DNA of 56,698 nucleotides, from contig VRVR01000007.1 of NCBI GenBank assembly GCA_009859145.1, positions 366,628 to 423,325 of the forward strand, written 5' to 3'. The stretch's first letter is position 1; each line of letters opens with the position of its first letter. The DNA is from Andalucia godoyi And28. Its lineage: Eukaryota > Protista > Jakobida. Below, in pieces: positions 30,552 through 41,026 of the stretch. The notes beneath the pieces were generated by a model. The model made no database searches. It was not told where the DNA came from and worked only from the letters and a program-made list of their open reading frames with translations. The translations under genes were made by a program, and so were the position numbers.

Positions 30552-33500
30552 ATGGGAGCAGGAGAGCTGCAGCAGAAAGGCGCAGTTTTGAGTTTTCTTG
30601 CAAAGTATGTGACGTTTGTACAACATAATGCGCGTGAGATTCGTCGACGCAAAGTTGGGTATTGTCTTGGGTTTCTCTCCGTATTCATAGTGGTGTTGGT
30701 GGTTTCTGCGTCTGTTACGACGCTGGATAATGTGCCTATTATTTTCTTCAGTCTTGCTGAAAATGAGCGGGGCCAGATCGACATGGTCATGACACCGTCG
30801 GGGTCCACAACAGCTTCTGCACTGAAGTATCCATTGGTGAACAGTTTGTTGGCGACAATGGGTTCAAAAGCCGGAGATTACACATATTCATCTCCGAGAA
30901 TTGATCTTAGCGGAGTGCAAATGTACTCCGACGCCATCTGTCCAGGCTTCAACTACTCGAACGTCGCGAATCGATATGTGAACGGATCGGCGTTGTTCTG
31001 CGGGACACGGCCGTTTGTGTCGGGCGACTTTCTTGCAATGGATACCGCCAGAGAGTCCAGAGCTGGCGTCGGCAGGAAATACAACTTGCCATCTGTCCCT
31101 GCCGGATCAGTGTATCTCATGACTGCTATCGCAAATGATCTGAAAGTCGTCCCCGGCGACTACGTCTACGTCTTGATCAATCTGTACGATGTATTTTCCG
31201 ATGTATGGCTGGGAAATTCCTTTCAGTACGTCATTGCGAGGTTCCAGGTTGCCAGAATAATTGACTCAAATTACTACAAGACGACCAATACGCGGACGAA
31301 GATTGCTTTTGCAGAGATTGATCCGCTGGCGCCGTTCCTGGCGACGCAGATGGACCCCGGCATGCCGGGATCCGCAATTGAAAAGATGGCCAACAGCACC
31401 TCCGCGGATTTCTCAAATGAAATTCTCTTCAACCTACCGTCTCCGAGAATCAGCTACTACAACTACAACAATTATGACAAGATTCAGTACGGTGTTTCTC
31501 GCTGGGGAGCAGTGGCGCTGTATCGCGTCGGATTCAACCAGATTTCGTCACGGATGCCGCTGTTGTATTCCATGAGGGCGACCCGGTTCTTGTCGCTGTT
31601 CTTGGGACTTATTATCTTCATGGTGGTGGCCATTCTTGCGGTCTTGTCGATCATCCTGATCTACTCGTTGCTCATGGTGTCGGTGGAGACTCGAACCTTT
31701 GAACTGGGGTTGCTGCGCATGATTGGAATGAAGCGATCGGATCTCATTCAGCTTATCATGATACATGCGCTGATGTACGCCATACCTGCCTGGGCCATCG
31801 GTCTGGCGCTCGGACAAGTGCTTGCATGGCAGATCTCCTTATTTTTATCGGACGCACTTGGTGTCCAGATATCTCCGTTGCTGACTCCGCTGGGTATCGG
31901 CATTGCAACTCTCTTGGGATTTGCGATTCCGTTGTTTGCATCCATCTTTCCGATCCGCTCGGCTCTTACTATGAATCTGCACGACTCGCTGGATACGCGA
32001 CACAGCAAGACAAAAGCAGTTGTTTACAAGCTCGAACGATCCGAAACGGGTCGGTTGTCTCCTGCCGCAATGGTCGTCGGGTTGCTGCTGGTTATTTTTG
32101 GAGCCTTTGTGTACTACTACTTCCCTTACGCTCTTCTGGCGCTGAAAATCGATCTTCTGATCTATATGTTCTTCTTCTTGCTCTTGGCCCTTCTTTTCGG
32201 TCTTGTTCTGCTGTCCATGAACCTGGAGACGATCGCCGAGCGATTGGTGACGTTTTTCTTTCTGTTCTGGGAAACGCACGCCATTAATAACATGATTCAC
32301 AAGAATCTCTCAGCACACCGCACGCGTAATCGGAAGACATCGATCATGTACGCCTTGTCACTGGCATTCATCATCTTTCTGCTTGTGAGTCTGGAACTCC
32401 AGATCATGTCGTTTCAGTATGCGAGTCTGCAAAGAAACGGCGGACAGATTACGATCACCACTTCCGTGAAGGGTGGGCTGAACAATATCGACTTTTTGCG
32501 AAAGTTGGAGAGCGCTGATCTGGGAACGTCGTATGCGTACATTTTCGTCGCGTCAAACAGCGGATTTACTTTGGATAAGACGCAGCTGGAGACGATTGGA
32601 CGCTATGCAGTTTCTCCAATCAGGTTGTCCGCTGCATCTCCCAACCTGTATGACGTTTCCATTGACGGGTTTCTGAAGATTTCTCGTCAGAATGACACTT
32701 CCGGACTGTCTATTATGGAGCAACTGTATACTTCCAGAGGCGGCCGGACATGTCTGCTTGGTTCTTCCTTTGAAGACCTGTTCAAAATGTCTGGGCGGTA
32801 CTACACTCCCGTTCAGTTGCACCTGGAGCGTTCGACCCCCAGATTCCCGATCATCTTCCAGCGGTTTATCCGTGTGAATGCACTTGTGGATGTTTCCCCA
32901 GTATTTGGTCTCAGCAAGTTCACTGCAGGCGGTGAAAATACGGCGGCGGCCGAGTCTGTTGTTTCGCTTCCCACCCTTTTCGAAGTCGGCCAGTTCTTGC
33001 ACACTTATGCGTCGTACCGACAGTACCCAATCTCCAGGATTCTGTTTGATACGAATGGTTATTCAAAAGCGAAGCTCTCGTCACTCAAAGATCGGTTGAA
33101 TCCCCTGATAGAAGGGTTTACGGGATTGTCTGTCGGCGATGTGAATGACTCGCTCGCCGCGATCGTTCAGGGAGTCGGCATTCTGCAGATTTTCTTCTCT
33201 TTCACGATTCTGATTGCAATGACGATGTGCTTCTTCTCCCTCACGTCATCAATGTTCACCAACATCTACGAACAGTCGAAGGAAATCGGTGTGCTCCGGG
33301 CCATTGGAACCAAGAGGCATTTTGTCATTCGGTTGTACGTTTACGAGGCATTTGTCCTTGTGGTAGCAGCTTCGTTCTTGGGGATTATGATTGGAGTGGT
33401 GGTGAGTTACACGATGGTCATTCAGCGGGCGCTATTTACCCAGCTGCCTATTCCATTCGTCTTCCCGTATCTCTACATGGCAGTCGTGGTGTTCTTTGCT

Positions 33501-33590
33501 GTTATTTTTGCGCTTTTAGCAGCGTTCTCTCCTGCCCGTGTCTTGTCTCTTGAATCGATTGTTGCAACCTTGCGTCGGATTAACTCGTGA
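30552..33590 (+). CDS. MacB/FtsX-like ABC-type permease with two FtsX domains, 1012 aa
   Basis: TRTFELGLLRMIGM and QSKEIGVLRAIG (FtsX/MacB signature), HRTRNRKT, about 10 hydrophobic helices, two large extracytoplasmic loops. Confidence 0.85.
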   Translation: MGAGELQQKGAVLSFLAKYVTFVQHNAREIRRRKVGYCLGFLSVFIVVLVVSASVTTLDNVPIIFFSLAENERGQIDMVMTPSGSTTASALKYPLVNSLLATMGSKAGDYTYSSPRIDLSGVQMYSDAICPGFNYSNVANRYVNGSALFCGTRPFVSGDFLAMDTARESRAGVGRKYNLPSVPAGSVYLMTAIANDLKVVPGDYVYVLINLYDVFSDVWLGNSFQYVIARFQVARIIDSNYYKTTNTRTKIAFAEIDPLAPFLATQMDPGMPGSAIEKMANSTSADFSNEILFNLPSPRISYYNYNNYDKIQYGVSRWGAVALYRVGFNQISSRMPLLYSMRATRFLSLFLGLIIFMVVAILAVLSIILIYSLLMVSVETRTFELGLLRMIGMKRSDLIQLIMIHALMYAIPAWAIGLALGQVLAWQISLFLSDALGVQISPLLTPLGIGIATLLGFAIPLFASIFPIRSALTMNLHDSLDTRHSKTKAVVYKLERSETGRLSPAAMVVGLLLVIFGAFVYYYFPYALLALKIDLLIYMFFFLLLALLFGLVLLSMNLETIAERLVTFFFLFWETHAINNMIHKNLSAHRTRNRKTSIMYALSLAFIIFLLVSLELQIMSFQYASLQRNGGQITITTSVKGGLNNIDFLRKLESADLGTSYAYIFVASNSGFTLDKTQLETIGRYAVSPIRLSAASPNLYDVSIDGFLKISRQNDTSGLSIMEQLYTSRGGRTCLLGSSFEDLFKMSGRYYTPVQLHLERSTPRFPIIFQRFIRVNALVDVSPVFGLSKFTAGGENTAAAESVVSLPTLFEVGQFLHTYASYRQYPISRILFDTNGYSKAKLSSLKDRLNPLIEGFTGLSVGDVNDSLAAIVQGVGILQIFFSFTILIAMTMCFFSLTSSMFTNIYEQSKEIGVLRAIGTKRHFVIRLYVYEAFVLVVAASFLGIMIGVVVSYTMVIQRALFTQLPIPFVFPYLYMAVVVFFAVIFALLAAFSPARVLSLESIVATLRRINS

Positions 33591-33913
33591 TGCTTCCGTT
33601 GCAGAGCGTTGTATTTTTTCGCACCACTGTTTTTCGTCTGTTTTGTTGAGACGATTTGTTTGTTTTTTTATATTATTATTATTATTATTCAATTTAAAAA
33701 GAAAAAATAAAATAATAGTAATAACAGTAAAGTTTTAAAAACAAGGGGACGGGGAAAAAAACAAGAATAACAATACATACGACAAAGTCTATCCCCCCTC
33801 CGAGAAAGAAAATTAAAAGTATCTATAAAAGAGATGTAAAATCACAAAAACCAGTCAAAATTTCAAAATGTTCTCCCCTCTTCTCAGCACAGAAAAGAAG
33901 GATGAGCGATAAA

Positions 33914-35713
33914 TCATAGCACTGTGCAGCATCCCTTCTTCTTTGCCTCTTCCTTCTTGATTAATGCATCGGATTCGCGGCTCTGGATGCTTAGTCGCCT
34001 CTGTTCAAGATCCAGCTCGCGTTTCTCCAAGGATTGAAGGCGAGTGTGATAGTCGCGCTCCTTTTGTTCCAATTCCAGTCGCCGTTTTTCAATGTCGGCC
34101 AATGCTGCACAGGATTCATCATCGTCCGTTTGGATCTCTTCTGCAGTCGTGTTTGACATATCCACGCCGTCGGGAGAAGTGGATACACTCTTTGGATTCG
34201 GAGAGACGGTGGCGCTGGCAGCAGACAGAGCAATCGAGACCGTTCTTCGCGACGCGCCACGCTCCACATCTTCCTCCGACGAGTCCTCGGAATCCGAAAT
34301 TGTCTGATACTCCGATCGTCTAACGCCATTCGGACTCTCGGGAGCTATGAGCTTTTGTTTCCCCGAGGTCTTGTCGGACGGTCGATCTTCGAACGGGTCG
34401 TGCGCAATCGACATTACATTTCGGAACCGCGGATTCTTGTTGTTTGGCTTTGGCTTTCGCTGCGGCGTCACAAACTCGGATCGAGAGGATTTGTCGGATG
34501 CCACAGATGCTGTGGAGACAGCCGGGGATGCCTGCGACGGAGGCACAGCGATTTGGAGTCCGGGACCTACGTCCATACTCACGAATGTGCGCGTATGAGC
34601 TAGCAGCCGAGCTTGAAAGTCCCTTTCCAAGTTTGCATTTTGCGACTGGTACTCTTGAATCTTTTCTCGTGCAAGGGCGAGTTCATCGGAAATCCTGGCG
34701 CACTGGTTCTTGAGATTGTCTCTATCTGCAAACGTGATGTCCAGCTGGTCTTGCAGATTTCGCAATTGCAATTGCAAGTTCTGGACTGCCGTGCTGGACG
34801 CGCCATTCGGAGAGCTTCCAGACCGCATCATGTCAAGTTCCACGGACACGCGAGCGTACTTTTCTCGCAGCAATTCATACTCGATTTCCGCAGTCTCCAG
34901 CTCCGAAGCCTGCTGATCTCTCATGTTCCGCAGTTCGTCAAGTTCCGCATGCAGCTTGTTTGCCTCGGACTGCAATTGCTGACGCTGTCGCACCGTCAGT
35001 TCCAACGTCGCTTCAAGCTGCGATCGGCTGCGCTCCGACTCCGCCAGCGATTTTTGGAGATCCTCGATTTGCATGTCCTTAGTTTCTGCAGCTTTCATAT
35101 CTTCCTGGAACTGCAACATTTGCTTGTGTGCGTTAGACTGTCTCCGCGCGTGCTTTCGAGCCTGGATCATCATTTCCTCATTGCGTGCGGACATGTTTGC
35201 AATCTGCGTCTCGAAGTCTCTTGCGACGGCCTTCACAACATCGATTTCTTTTCTGAGTCCTGAGATCTGGTCATTTTTCGACAAAATCTCGCTGTTCAGC
35301 TGCGTAGTTCGTTGCAAAAGCTTCTGTCCAACCTGCAGCGACCGCAGCAAATCTTCTTCGGTGCGCTCGAGATTCTCGTGCAGAAACAATACCTGCGATG
35401 ACGTGTCAAACACGCCAGTTTTCGACGCTCGTCTTGTGTACTTGATGTTTCTTTTTGCGTCCAACCGTCCGCGGATCTGCTTCAGAATCGCCGTTTCAAG
35501 GATTTCCGACACGTCGCGCTCGGAACGCTGCGTTCTGGGAGTGGTTGTGCTCAGCGGCGGCAGTGCAGGCGGTGCAGGAGCAGGCGATGACGTGCTCAGG
35601 GCAGGGGATCGCACTTTGGACAGGTCAAGAGAATGCTGCCGAACAAGAACAGCACCAGGTGGAGTCGGCCGTGGAGAAGGCATCACCCCAGGAAACGACG
35701 GCGGAGAACTCAT
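33914..35713 (-). CDS. Coiled-coil protein with CC1-box-like motif and C-terminal CaaX (KKKGCCTVL)
   Basis: Long heptad region; EEDLLRSLQVGQKLLQRTTQL; polybasic plus CCTVL terminus. Confidence 0.85.
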   Translation of the reverse strand: MSSPPSFPGVMPSPRPTPPGAVLVRQHSLDLSKVRSPALSTSSPAPAPPALPPLSTTTPRTQRSERDVSEILETAILKQIRGRLDAKRNIKYTRRASKTGVFDTSSQVLFLHENLERTEEDLLRSLQVGQKLLQRTTQLNSEILSKNDQISGLRKEIDVVKAVARDFETQIANMSARNEEMMIQARKHARRQSNAHKQMLQFQEDMKAAETKDMQIEDLQKSLAESERSRSQLEATLELTVRQRQQLQSEANKLHAELDELRNMRDQQASELETAEIEYELLREKYARVSVELDMMRSGSSPNGASSTAVQNLQLQLRNLQDQLDITFADRDNLKNQCARISDELALAREKIQEYQSQNANLERDFQARLLAHTRTFVSMDVGPGLQIAVPPSQASPAVSTASVASDKSSRSEFVTPQRKPKPNNKNPRFRNVMSIAHDPFEDRPSDKTSGKQKLIAPESPNGVRRSEYQTISDSEDSSEEDVERGASRRTVSIALSAASATVSPNPKSVSTSPDGVDMSNTTAEEIQTDDDESCAALADIEKRRLELEQKERDYHTRLQSLEKRELDLEQRRLSIQSRESDALIKKEEAKKKGCCTVL

Positions 35714-36129
35714 TAATCAATCAGTCAATCAGTCAATCCGCCAACCAACAAGAACGTGAAGGACGGGCTCAGGATAAAAAGAACGGAGCGTACTCTATCG
35801 TGTATGCTCGTCCCAGGGGATATACATAAATAATTTAAACTATTAATTTAAATTTTTAAAGTTTTTTAATTTTTTAAAAAAAAAAAAAAACTCTGTTAAC
35901 AGCAACAACAACAACAACAATAACAGCAACAAAATAACGAAAACCAAGAAACGGATTTTGAAAGATGAATTCTGCTGTATTGGACGAAAAAAAGATTGAG
36001 TGCGGAAGAGTGACTGATGAAGAGTCCAATACCCCGCCTTTTTTCTTTGATTTGGTGCTATCCTGCATTTCATAATGTGCGCTCGCTAGCGTGCAATTTC
36101 CGTCAGACTTGAACAGTCGAGTACATCCG

Positions 36130-36161
<32 letters not shown>

Positions 36162-36331
36162 TCTCCCTCTCTTGTTGAAGAGATTTCCCTCTTCCCTTTT
36201 TGTGCTCATTTCCGCCCTTTGAGACTAAGGGCAGAAAGGGATTCTTACACGTCGTAGACGGCGAGAGAAAAGAACAAGAACCAAGGTGCGTTGAAGGGGA
36301 GGAAAAAGAATAAGGAAGAAGAAGAAGAAGA

Positions 36332-36577
36332 ATGCTCATCAAAGTAAAGACACTGACTGGAAAAGAGATTGATTTGGACATTAATCCCGAGGACAAGGTG
36401 ATTGTGATTAAGCGAAAAGTAGAGGAGAAAGAAGGGATTCCACCAGAGCAGCAGCGACTTATCTTTGGCGGAAAGCAAATGCAGGATGAGCAGAGCGCAG
36501 AGTCGTTCAAAATCGAGCCTGGCGCAGTTCTCCATCTTGTTTTAGCGTTGCGTGGAGGGCTACATCATCTGCCGTAA
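36332..36577 (+). CDS. NEDD8: NEDD8/Rub1 ubiquitin-like protein precursor
   Basis: [13 protein letters not shown]...[20 protein letters not shown]...[11 protein letters not shown] with Ala72, plus a 5-aa propeptide. Confidence 0.95.
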   Translation: MLIKVKTLTGKEIDLDINPEDKVIVIKRKVEEKEGIPPEQQRLIFGGKQMQDEQSAESFKIEPGAVLHLVLALRGGLHHLP

Positions 36578-37073
36578 GACACAGCACTTGTTGGCTGTTG
36601 CACGATAAGCAACTGTAGTTGAAATTCCCGCAAAAGAGTAGTACCGTTTTTTTTTTCCCTTTCCCTTTTTTCCTTTCTCTTTCTCTCCTCTTCCCCAGGC
36701 TGCCAAATAAAAAAGGGAAAAATGGGCTTTTTGGCTTGAATTGAACCGGACGCCTTTTTGGTCTTTTCGGATTCGCTTCTCCGTTTCTCGTTTCTTTTTT
36801 CCTTTTTTCCTCTTTTCTTTCCTCTTTTCTTTCCCCCTCCTATTCCTTTTTTCCCTCGCTTTTTTTTCCCCTTTTCCTTTAATCACTTCCGTTGATTTCT
36901 TTCTGAAAGGTCATAACTTTGTACAGGAAGAAAAGAAAGAAAGAGAAAGAAAGGGAAGGAATACACTCAGAGGACACAGACGAAAAAAAGGGCTTAAAGA
37001 ATCAAAAGGTTTATTCAGAAAAGAAAAGAACAAAAGAGGATAGAGCAAAAGGACAAGAAGAGAAGAGGAAAAG

Positions 37074-37793
37074 ATGTCTACTGCAGCAGGCTCGAGCACG
37101 ACTAACGAGGTTGACGATCCTCGTCGCCGCTGCGGTGAGTTTCCGTGGCACAATGTTCTTCGTATCTGCTCCGGGGTAGCCTTTATTGGTATTTGGATTT
37201 CAGCGTTCTTCTGCTTTACTGCGTGCAATGGCGGTACTCCTCAGTTCCGCGACTATCTGCTCTCGATCTATGTGTTGTTTTTCGGTCTTTTGGGGATTGC
37301 TGCCGAGCTGCAGATTGGAATGACGTTCATTTTCCGCAAGCTCCCGTGGCTTGCACGCTTCAACTATCGTGGCTTATATTCGTTCTTTGTCGCATCGATT
37401 GCACTCGGTGGTGAATTCTGGCAGATCTTGACGTCGGCAGTGCTGATGATGACTGCCATTTTGCATCCATTGTACTACTTCCTCTTTAGAAACAAGGCTC
37501 GCGGAATCGAGCGAAAGCTTCTTCCGTGGCTGTATCTCACCGATGCTCTCGGAACCGCTTCGGATGCACTCGAGGCTGGAAAGGCACGCGCTTCACAGGC
37601 ATTGGCTCGTGGACAGACTGCCGCAGCCAGTGCTCAGCAGCAGGGCCAGGTCTATGCTGCACAGGCGCAACAGCAGGGTCAGGCATATGCAACACAGACG
37701 CAGCAGAGAGCACAGGCGGCTTCTCAGCAGTTCCAGGGATACGGCACTGCACCCGCCGCGGGAGCTCCGCCCCCACCACCTCCCGCAATCTAA
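37074..37793 (+). CDS. COPI-associated/TVP15-like Golgi membrane protein with a Gln/Ala-rich tail
   Basis: YLLSIYVLFFGLLGIAAELQ...LPWLARFNYRGLYSFFVA; 3-4 TM helices. Confidence 0.7.
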   Translation: MSTAAGSSTTNEVDDPRRRCGEFPWHNVLRICSGVAFIGIWISAFFCFTACNGGTPQFRDYLLSIYVLFFGLLGIAAELQIGMTFIFRKLPWLARFNYRGLYSFFVASIALGGEFWQILTSAVLMMTAILHPLYYFLFRNKARGIERKLLPWLYLTDALGTASDALEAGKARASQALARGQTAAASAQQQGQVYAAQAQQQGQAYATQTQQRAQAASQQFQGYGTAPAAGAPPPPPPAI

Positions 37794-38039
37794 GCTCGAT
37801 AACTTGCGCGGACTCGGACTCGGAATCATTTTCTTTTTCTGTTCATTCTGTCGTGTCGTTTTTCTCCTTCTTCTTTTGTGTCAAGTATGTGTTGTGTTAT
37901 TAAATTTTTTTTTTGAAAGTACAATTTCTTACAGCTATTTGCTGTTCTTTCTTTTCCCTTCTCCTTCATCTTCATCTTCTTTTCTACCCCTTTATTTCCT
38001 TCGGCTCTATTTGTGTCGAAATCTCGCGTGTCCTTTTTT

Positions 38040-38075
38040 GGTGGTGGTGGTGGTGGTGGTGGTGGTGGTGGTGGT
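38040..38075. repeat. (GGT)12 microsatellite
   Basis: Read directly between convergent genes. Confidence 0.95.
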
Positions 38076-38111
38076 GGGGGTATGTTTTCCGTGCGAGGGC
38101 ATGCCGGGATA

Positions 38112-39944
38112 CTACCGTTTGTAGGCTGGGCGGCGGTGAGGGAGGATGGCAACAAGCAGCTGCAGTGCGATCGAGCGAGTCGAGTCTGAAATCGAATCCG
38201 CGGTCACGTCACTGTGAGAGTTTGCATTCTTGGCCCCCCCGGTTCCAGTGGTCAGCCCTGCAAAGTGCGGAACATCAAAATCGCTCGTCATCTTCCACGA
38301 CGGCGCCGTTTCTACAGAAGGACTGCTGAGCAAGGCGCCGATCGTCTTGCGCGTTGTCGCTGGCACGGAAGACTGCGAGGAGGTGCCGGGCATCGTCAGG
38401 CCTGTACGTGCCGATGCGGCATCGTGGACGTCCTTCAGAGTCTTCGGTCGAACTGCACGAGGAATGGTACTGTGTGCTTGCAGCCATGGATGCTCGAGAA
38501 GAAACCGTGCACCTGGACGCTGCTTTGGATCACGCTGGAAGCACAGTTTGAGAAAATCAATGCCCTCTGGAGAAAAGTCGTTTGGAAACGGTGGTGGATG
38601 TTCGGACGTGCCGATGTGGTAGAGCGCTGTCAGCGGAGGCGAGAATTCGGAAAACGGCGGCGAGCCGGTGGCCATTTCTATGATGACGCATCCGACAGAC
38701 CAAATATCAGACTCTCGACGATGGCCATGGCCCATGACAACTTCTGGGGCCATCCAGAATGGAGTTCCCATAATGCTTTCTTCTCCCCTGGCTCCTCGCG
38801 GCGTCACAATGTCTTGGATGTTCTTCGAGCAGCCAAAGTCGGCGAGTTTTACGTGGCCAGAATGATCCACAAGGATGTTTGCTCCCTTGATGTCCCGATG
38901 AACGATGCGGTTGTCGTGCAGATAATCGAGACCCTGGAGCACCTGCTGCACGTACATCCGCGCCACCTTTTCATTCAGCGACCCAAACTTCGTGACTAGT
39001 TTCCCAATGGAGCCTCCAGGGACATACTCGAGCAACACGTTGAACTGCCTTTCACGAAACTCTGTGCCTACGTACCGCACAATGTTCATGTGTTTCAGTT
39101 TCTCCAGCAACTGAATTTCCTTCTGGATCGTCTCGATCTCGGTCTTAATCTTTTGGTGGTTCTCACCGTCGCTGACTTCCATGGACTTGACGGCCAGCAG
39201 CTCACCTGTGTCGAGATTTAGTCCCAGATAAACTGTTCCGTACGCACCAGACCCAATGACTTCTCCCTTCTTCCATCGGACGACGTGTCGAGACTCGCGA
39301 GCGTGCGCGTGTCTCACGGCGTCGGGCAGTCCGTTATCGCTGTCGGAATCGCCTCCGTGCGCATGTGCATCGCTATCCGCATGTGTATTGCTGAATGTTG
39401 TGCATTCCTCCACGTCGTTCTCGGACATACTCAGGCAGTCGCGTTCGCCGTCTTCCGATGTTTCTGTGCACGCACCGTCTTCCTTCGTGATCCTCAGCAG
39501 CTCCTCCATCCGACCGATCACCCTTTTCAGTGGATTGATTTCCGCGCCGTCTCTCGCTTCGGAAAGAATAGCCGCGATAGACTTTTCCACATTTTGCAAC
39601 GCTTGGTGCTTCCGATTATACTTTTGTCTCAGCAGCGTGTTTTCGCGGTCTATTCTCTCAATCCCCTCTCGAAACCGCGCTCTTTCTTCGATCAGCTGCT
39701 TTTCCAGATCCTGGATCTCGTTCTTCATGCTCTCGTTTCGCTTCATCATGTCAAAATCAAGCGGTCGAATTGCCGGGTTCAACCCTCCTCCTCCTCCTCC
39801 TCCTCCTCCTCCTGCTGCTGCTGCTGCTGCTGCTCTGTGATTGCTGTTGACAAGTTTCACTTTCGGCGATATTGCACTGCTTGCCGCACTTGGATTCTCT
39901 CGCGACCCGTCCAACTCCGGAACCCGCGACACAGAATGCTTCAT
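38112..39944 (-). CDS. STE11/MEKK (NPK1/ANP-like) MAP kinase kinase kinase with an N-terminal coiled coil
   Basis: WKKGEVIGSGAYGTVY, LAVK, LEYVPGGSI, HRDIKGANILV, DFG, GTPFWMAPEV, DIWSVGC. The start codon is uncertain (ATG at 39944 chosen). Confidence 0.92.
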   Translation of the reverse strand: MKHSVSRVPELDGSRENPSAASSAISPKVKLVNSNHRAAAAAAAGGGGGGGGGGLNPAIRPLDFDMMKRNESMKNEIQDLEKQLIEERARFREGIERIDRENTLLRQKYNRKHQALQNVEKSIAAILSEARDGAEINPLKRVIGRMEELLRITKEDGACTETSEDGERDCLSMSENDVEECTTFSNTHADSDAHAHGGDSDSDNGLPDAVRHAHARESRHVVRWKKGEVIGSGAYGTVYLGLNLDTGELLAVKSMEVSDGENHQKIKTEIETIQKEIQLLEKLKHMNIVRYVGTEFRERQFNVLLEYVPGGSIGKLVTKFGSLNEKVARMYVQQVLQGLDYLHDNRIVHRDIKGANILVDHSGHVKLADFGCSKNIQDIVTPRGARGEESIMGTPFWMAPEVVMGHGHRRESDIWSVGCVIIEMATGSPPFSEFSPPLTALYHIGTSEHPPPFPNDFSPEGIDFLKLCFQRDPKQRPGARFLLEHPWLQAHSTIPRAVRPKTLKDVHDAASARTGLTMPGTSSQSSVPATTRKTIGALLSSPSVETAPSWKMTSDFDVPHFAGLTTGTGGAKNANSHSDVTADSISDSTRSIALQLLVAILPHRRPAYKR

Positions 39945-40279
39945 CAGTTTTTCCTCTCTCCTTTTTATTCCTTTTTCGTGTTCTTCGTTTCTCCTTCTTT
40001 TTTCTTTTGTCATCTGTGGCTTTTCAAAAACAGGCTTTTCCTGCTGCACTTCTGCTGCGAGCTGTGGCAGTCCGGGATTCGAAAAAACTGCTGTAAAGCC
40101 ACTCGCGGCGCTTTTGCAGTTCCTCTTGTCTCCCTGGACTTTTCTCTGCCTTCTGCCTCCGTGGATTTTGGGCAGCAATTTTTTTTTTCCTCTTAAAAAT
40201 CCCAAACAAATTATTTAAAATTAAAATATTTTTAAAATTCTAAAAAATTAATTAAATCCAAAAGGTTCTGTAGCAGGGA

Positions 40280-40729
40280 ATGGCACTTCCTTTGGTTCGT
40301 CTGCTCCGAAAAGAAATTCAAGAGTCTGGGGTGAAGGAGACTCTTTTGAAGGTGATTCGTTTCAAAGATGCGTGGTTTGAAAAGTCGTCGAAACGGCTGA
40401 TTGGAACGGACCAGTTTGGCAATTCGTACTATGAAACTGCATTGGATGCACAGCTTCGAGAGAGATTTGTGGTCCCTGCAAATGCCAAGCAGTACGATGC
40501 ATCCTCCATCCCCCCCGAATGGCACAATTGGCTGCACCGAATGACCAATGTCCCGCCGACTTCTGTTGCGCCGTATGTCCCAAAGTACGCCAAGAACCAC
40601 CGAAGCAACCCAACCGGCTCAGGAAACGCGTACCTCCAGCCCGCACATTTCCTCAACCCAAAGTACTCGAATGTGCGCAATGCTCAGAGTGTTGAGGAAT
40701 GGAATCCGAACACGCCCGCCGCACAATAA
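40280..40729 (+). CDS. NDUFA12: NADH:ubiquinone oxidoreductase subunit B17.2
   Basis: LIGTDQFGNSYYE...RFV...DASSIPPEWHNWLH...PP...H..NPTG...AY. Confidence 0.9.
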   Translation: MALPLVRLLRKEIQESGVKETLLKVIRFKDAWFEKSSKRLIGTDQFGNSYYETALDAQLRERFVVPANAKQYDASSIPPEWHNWLHRMTNVPPTSVAPYVPKYAKNHRSNPTGSGNAYLQPAHFLNPKYSNVRNAQSVEEWNPNTPAAQ

Positions 40730-41026
40730 AGACCAGTAGATCCGCGGACCACCCGTTTCTCTCCCCCGATTTTCGTAAATGTTTACCTTTGTCCCTGTCT
40801 GTATTGCGCATGCAGGAAAAAAAAAAATTCTTGCAATACACACATTATCGTCTGTTTACATTGCAGAATTATAATCCAAAATAAAAATACTAGTAATCAT
40901 GTATTAAAATTAAAATTAAAAATAAAAACAACAACAGCAGCAAAACCAAAAGTAAAAGAGGAGAGGGAAACAGGATGTGGGGGGGAAAGGGCGGAAGTCG
41001 ATTCCACATGCCATGTGTGTTGCAAA

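Noticed and set aside
39480-39545. Similarity of MAP3K EINPLKRVIGRMEELL to the PDE linker METPLQGVMQYLLEVL
   Set aside because: Short amphipathic-helix pattern, readily explained by chance.
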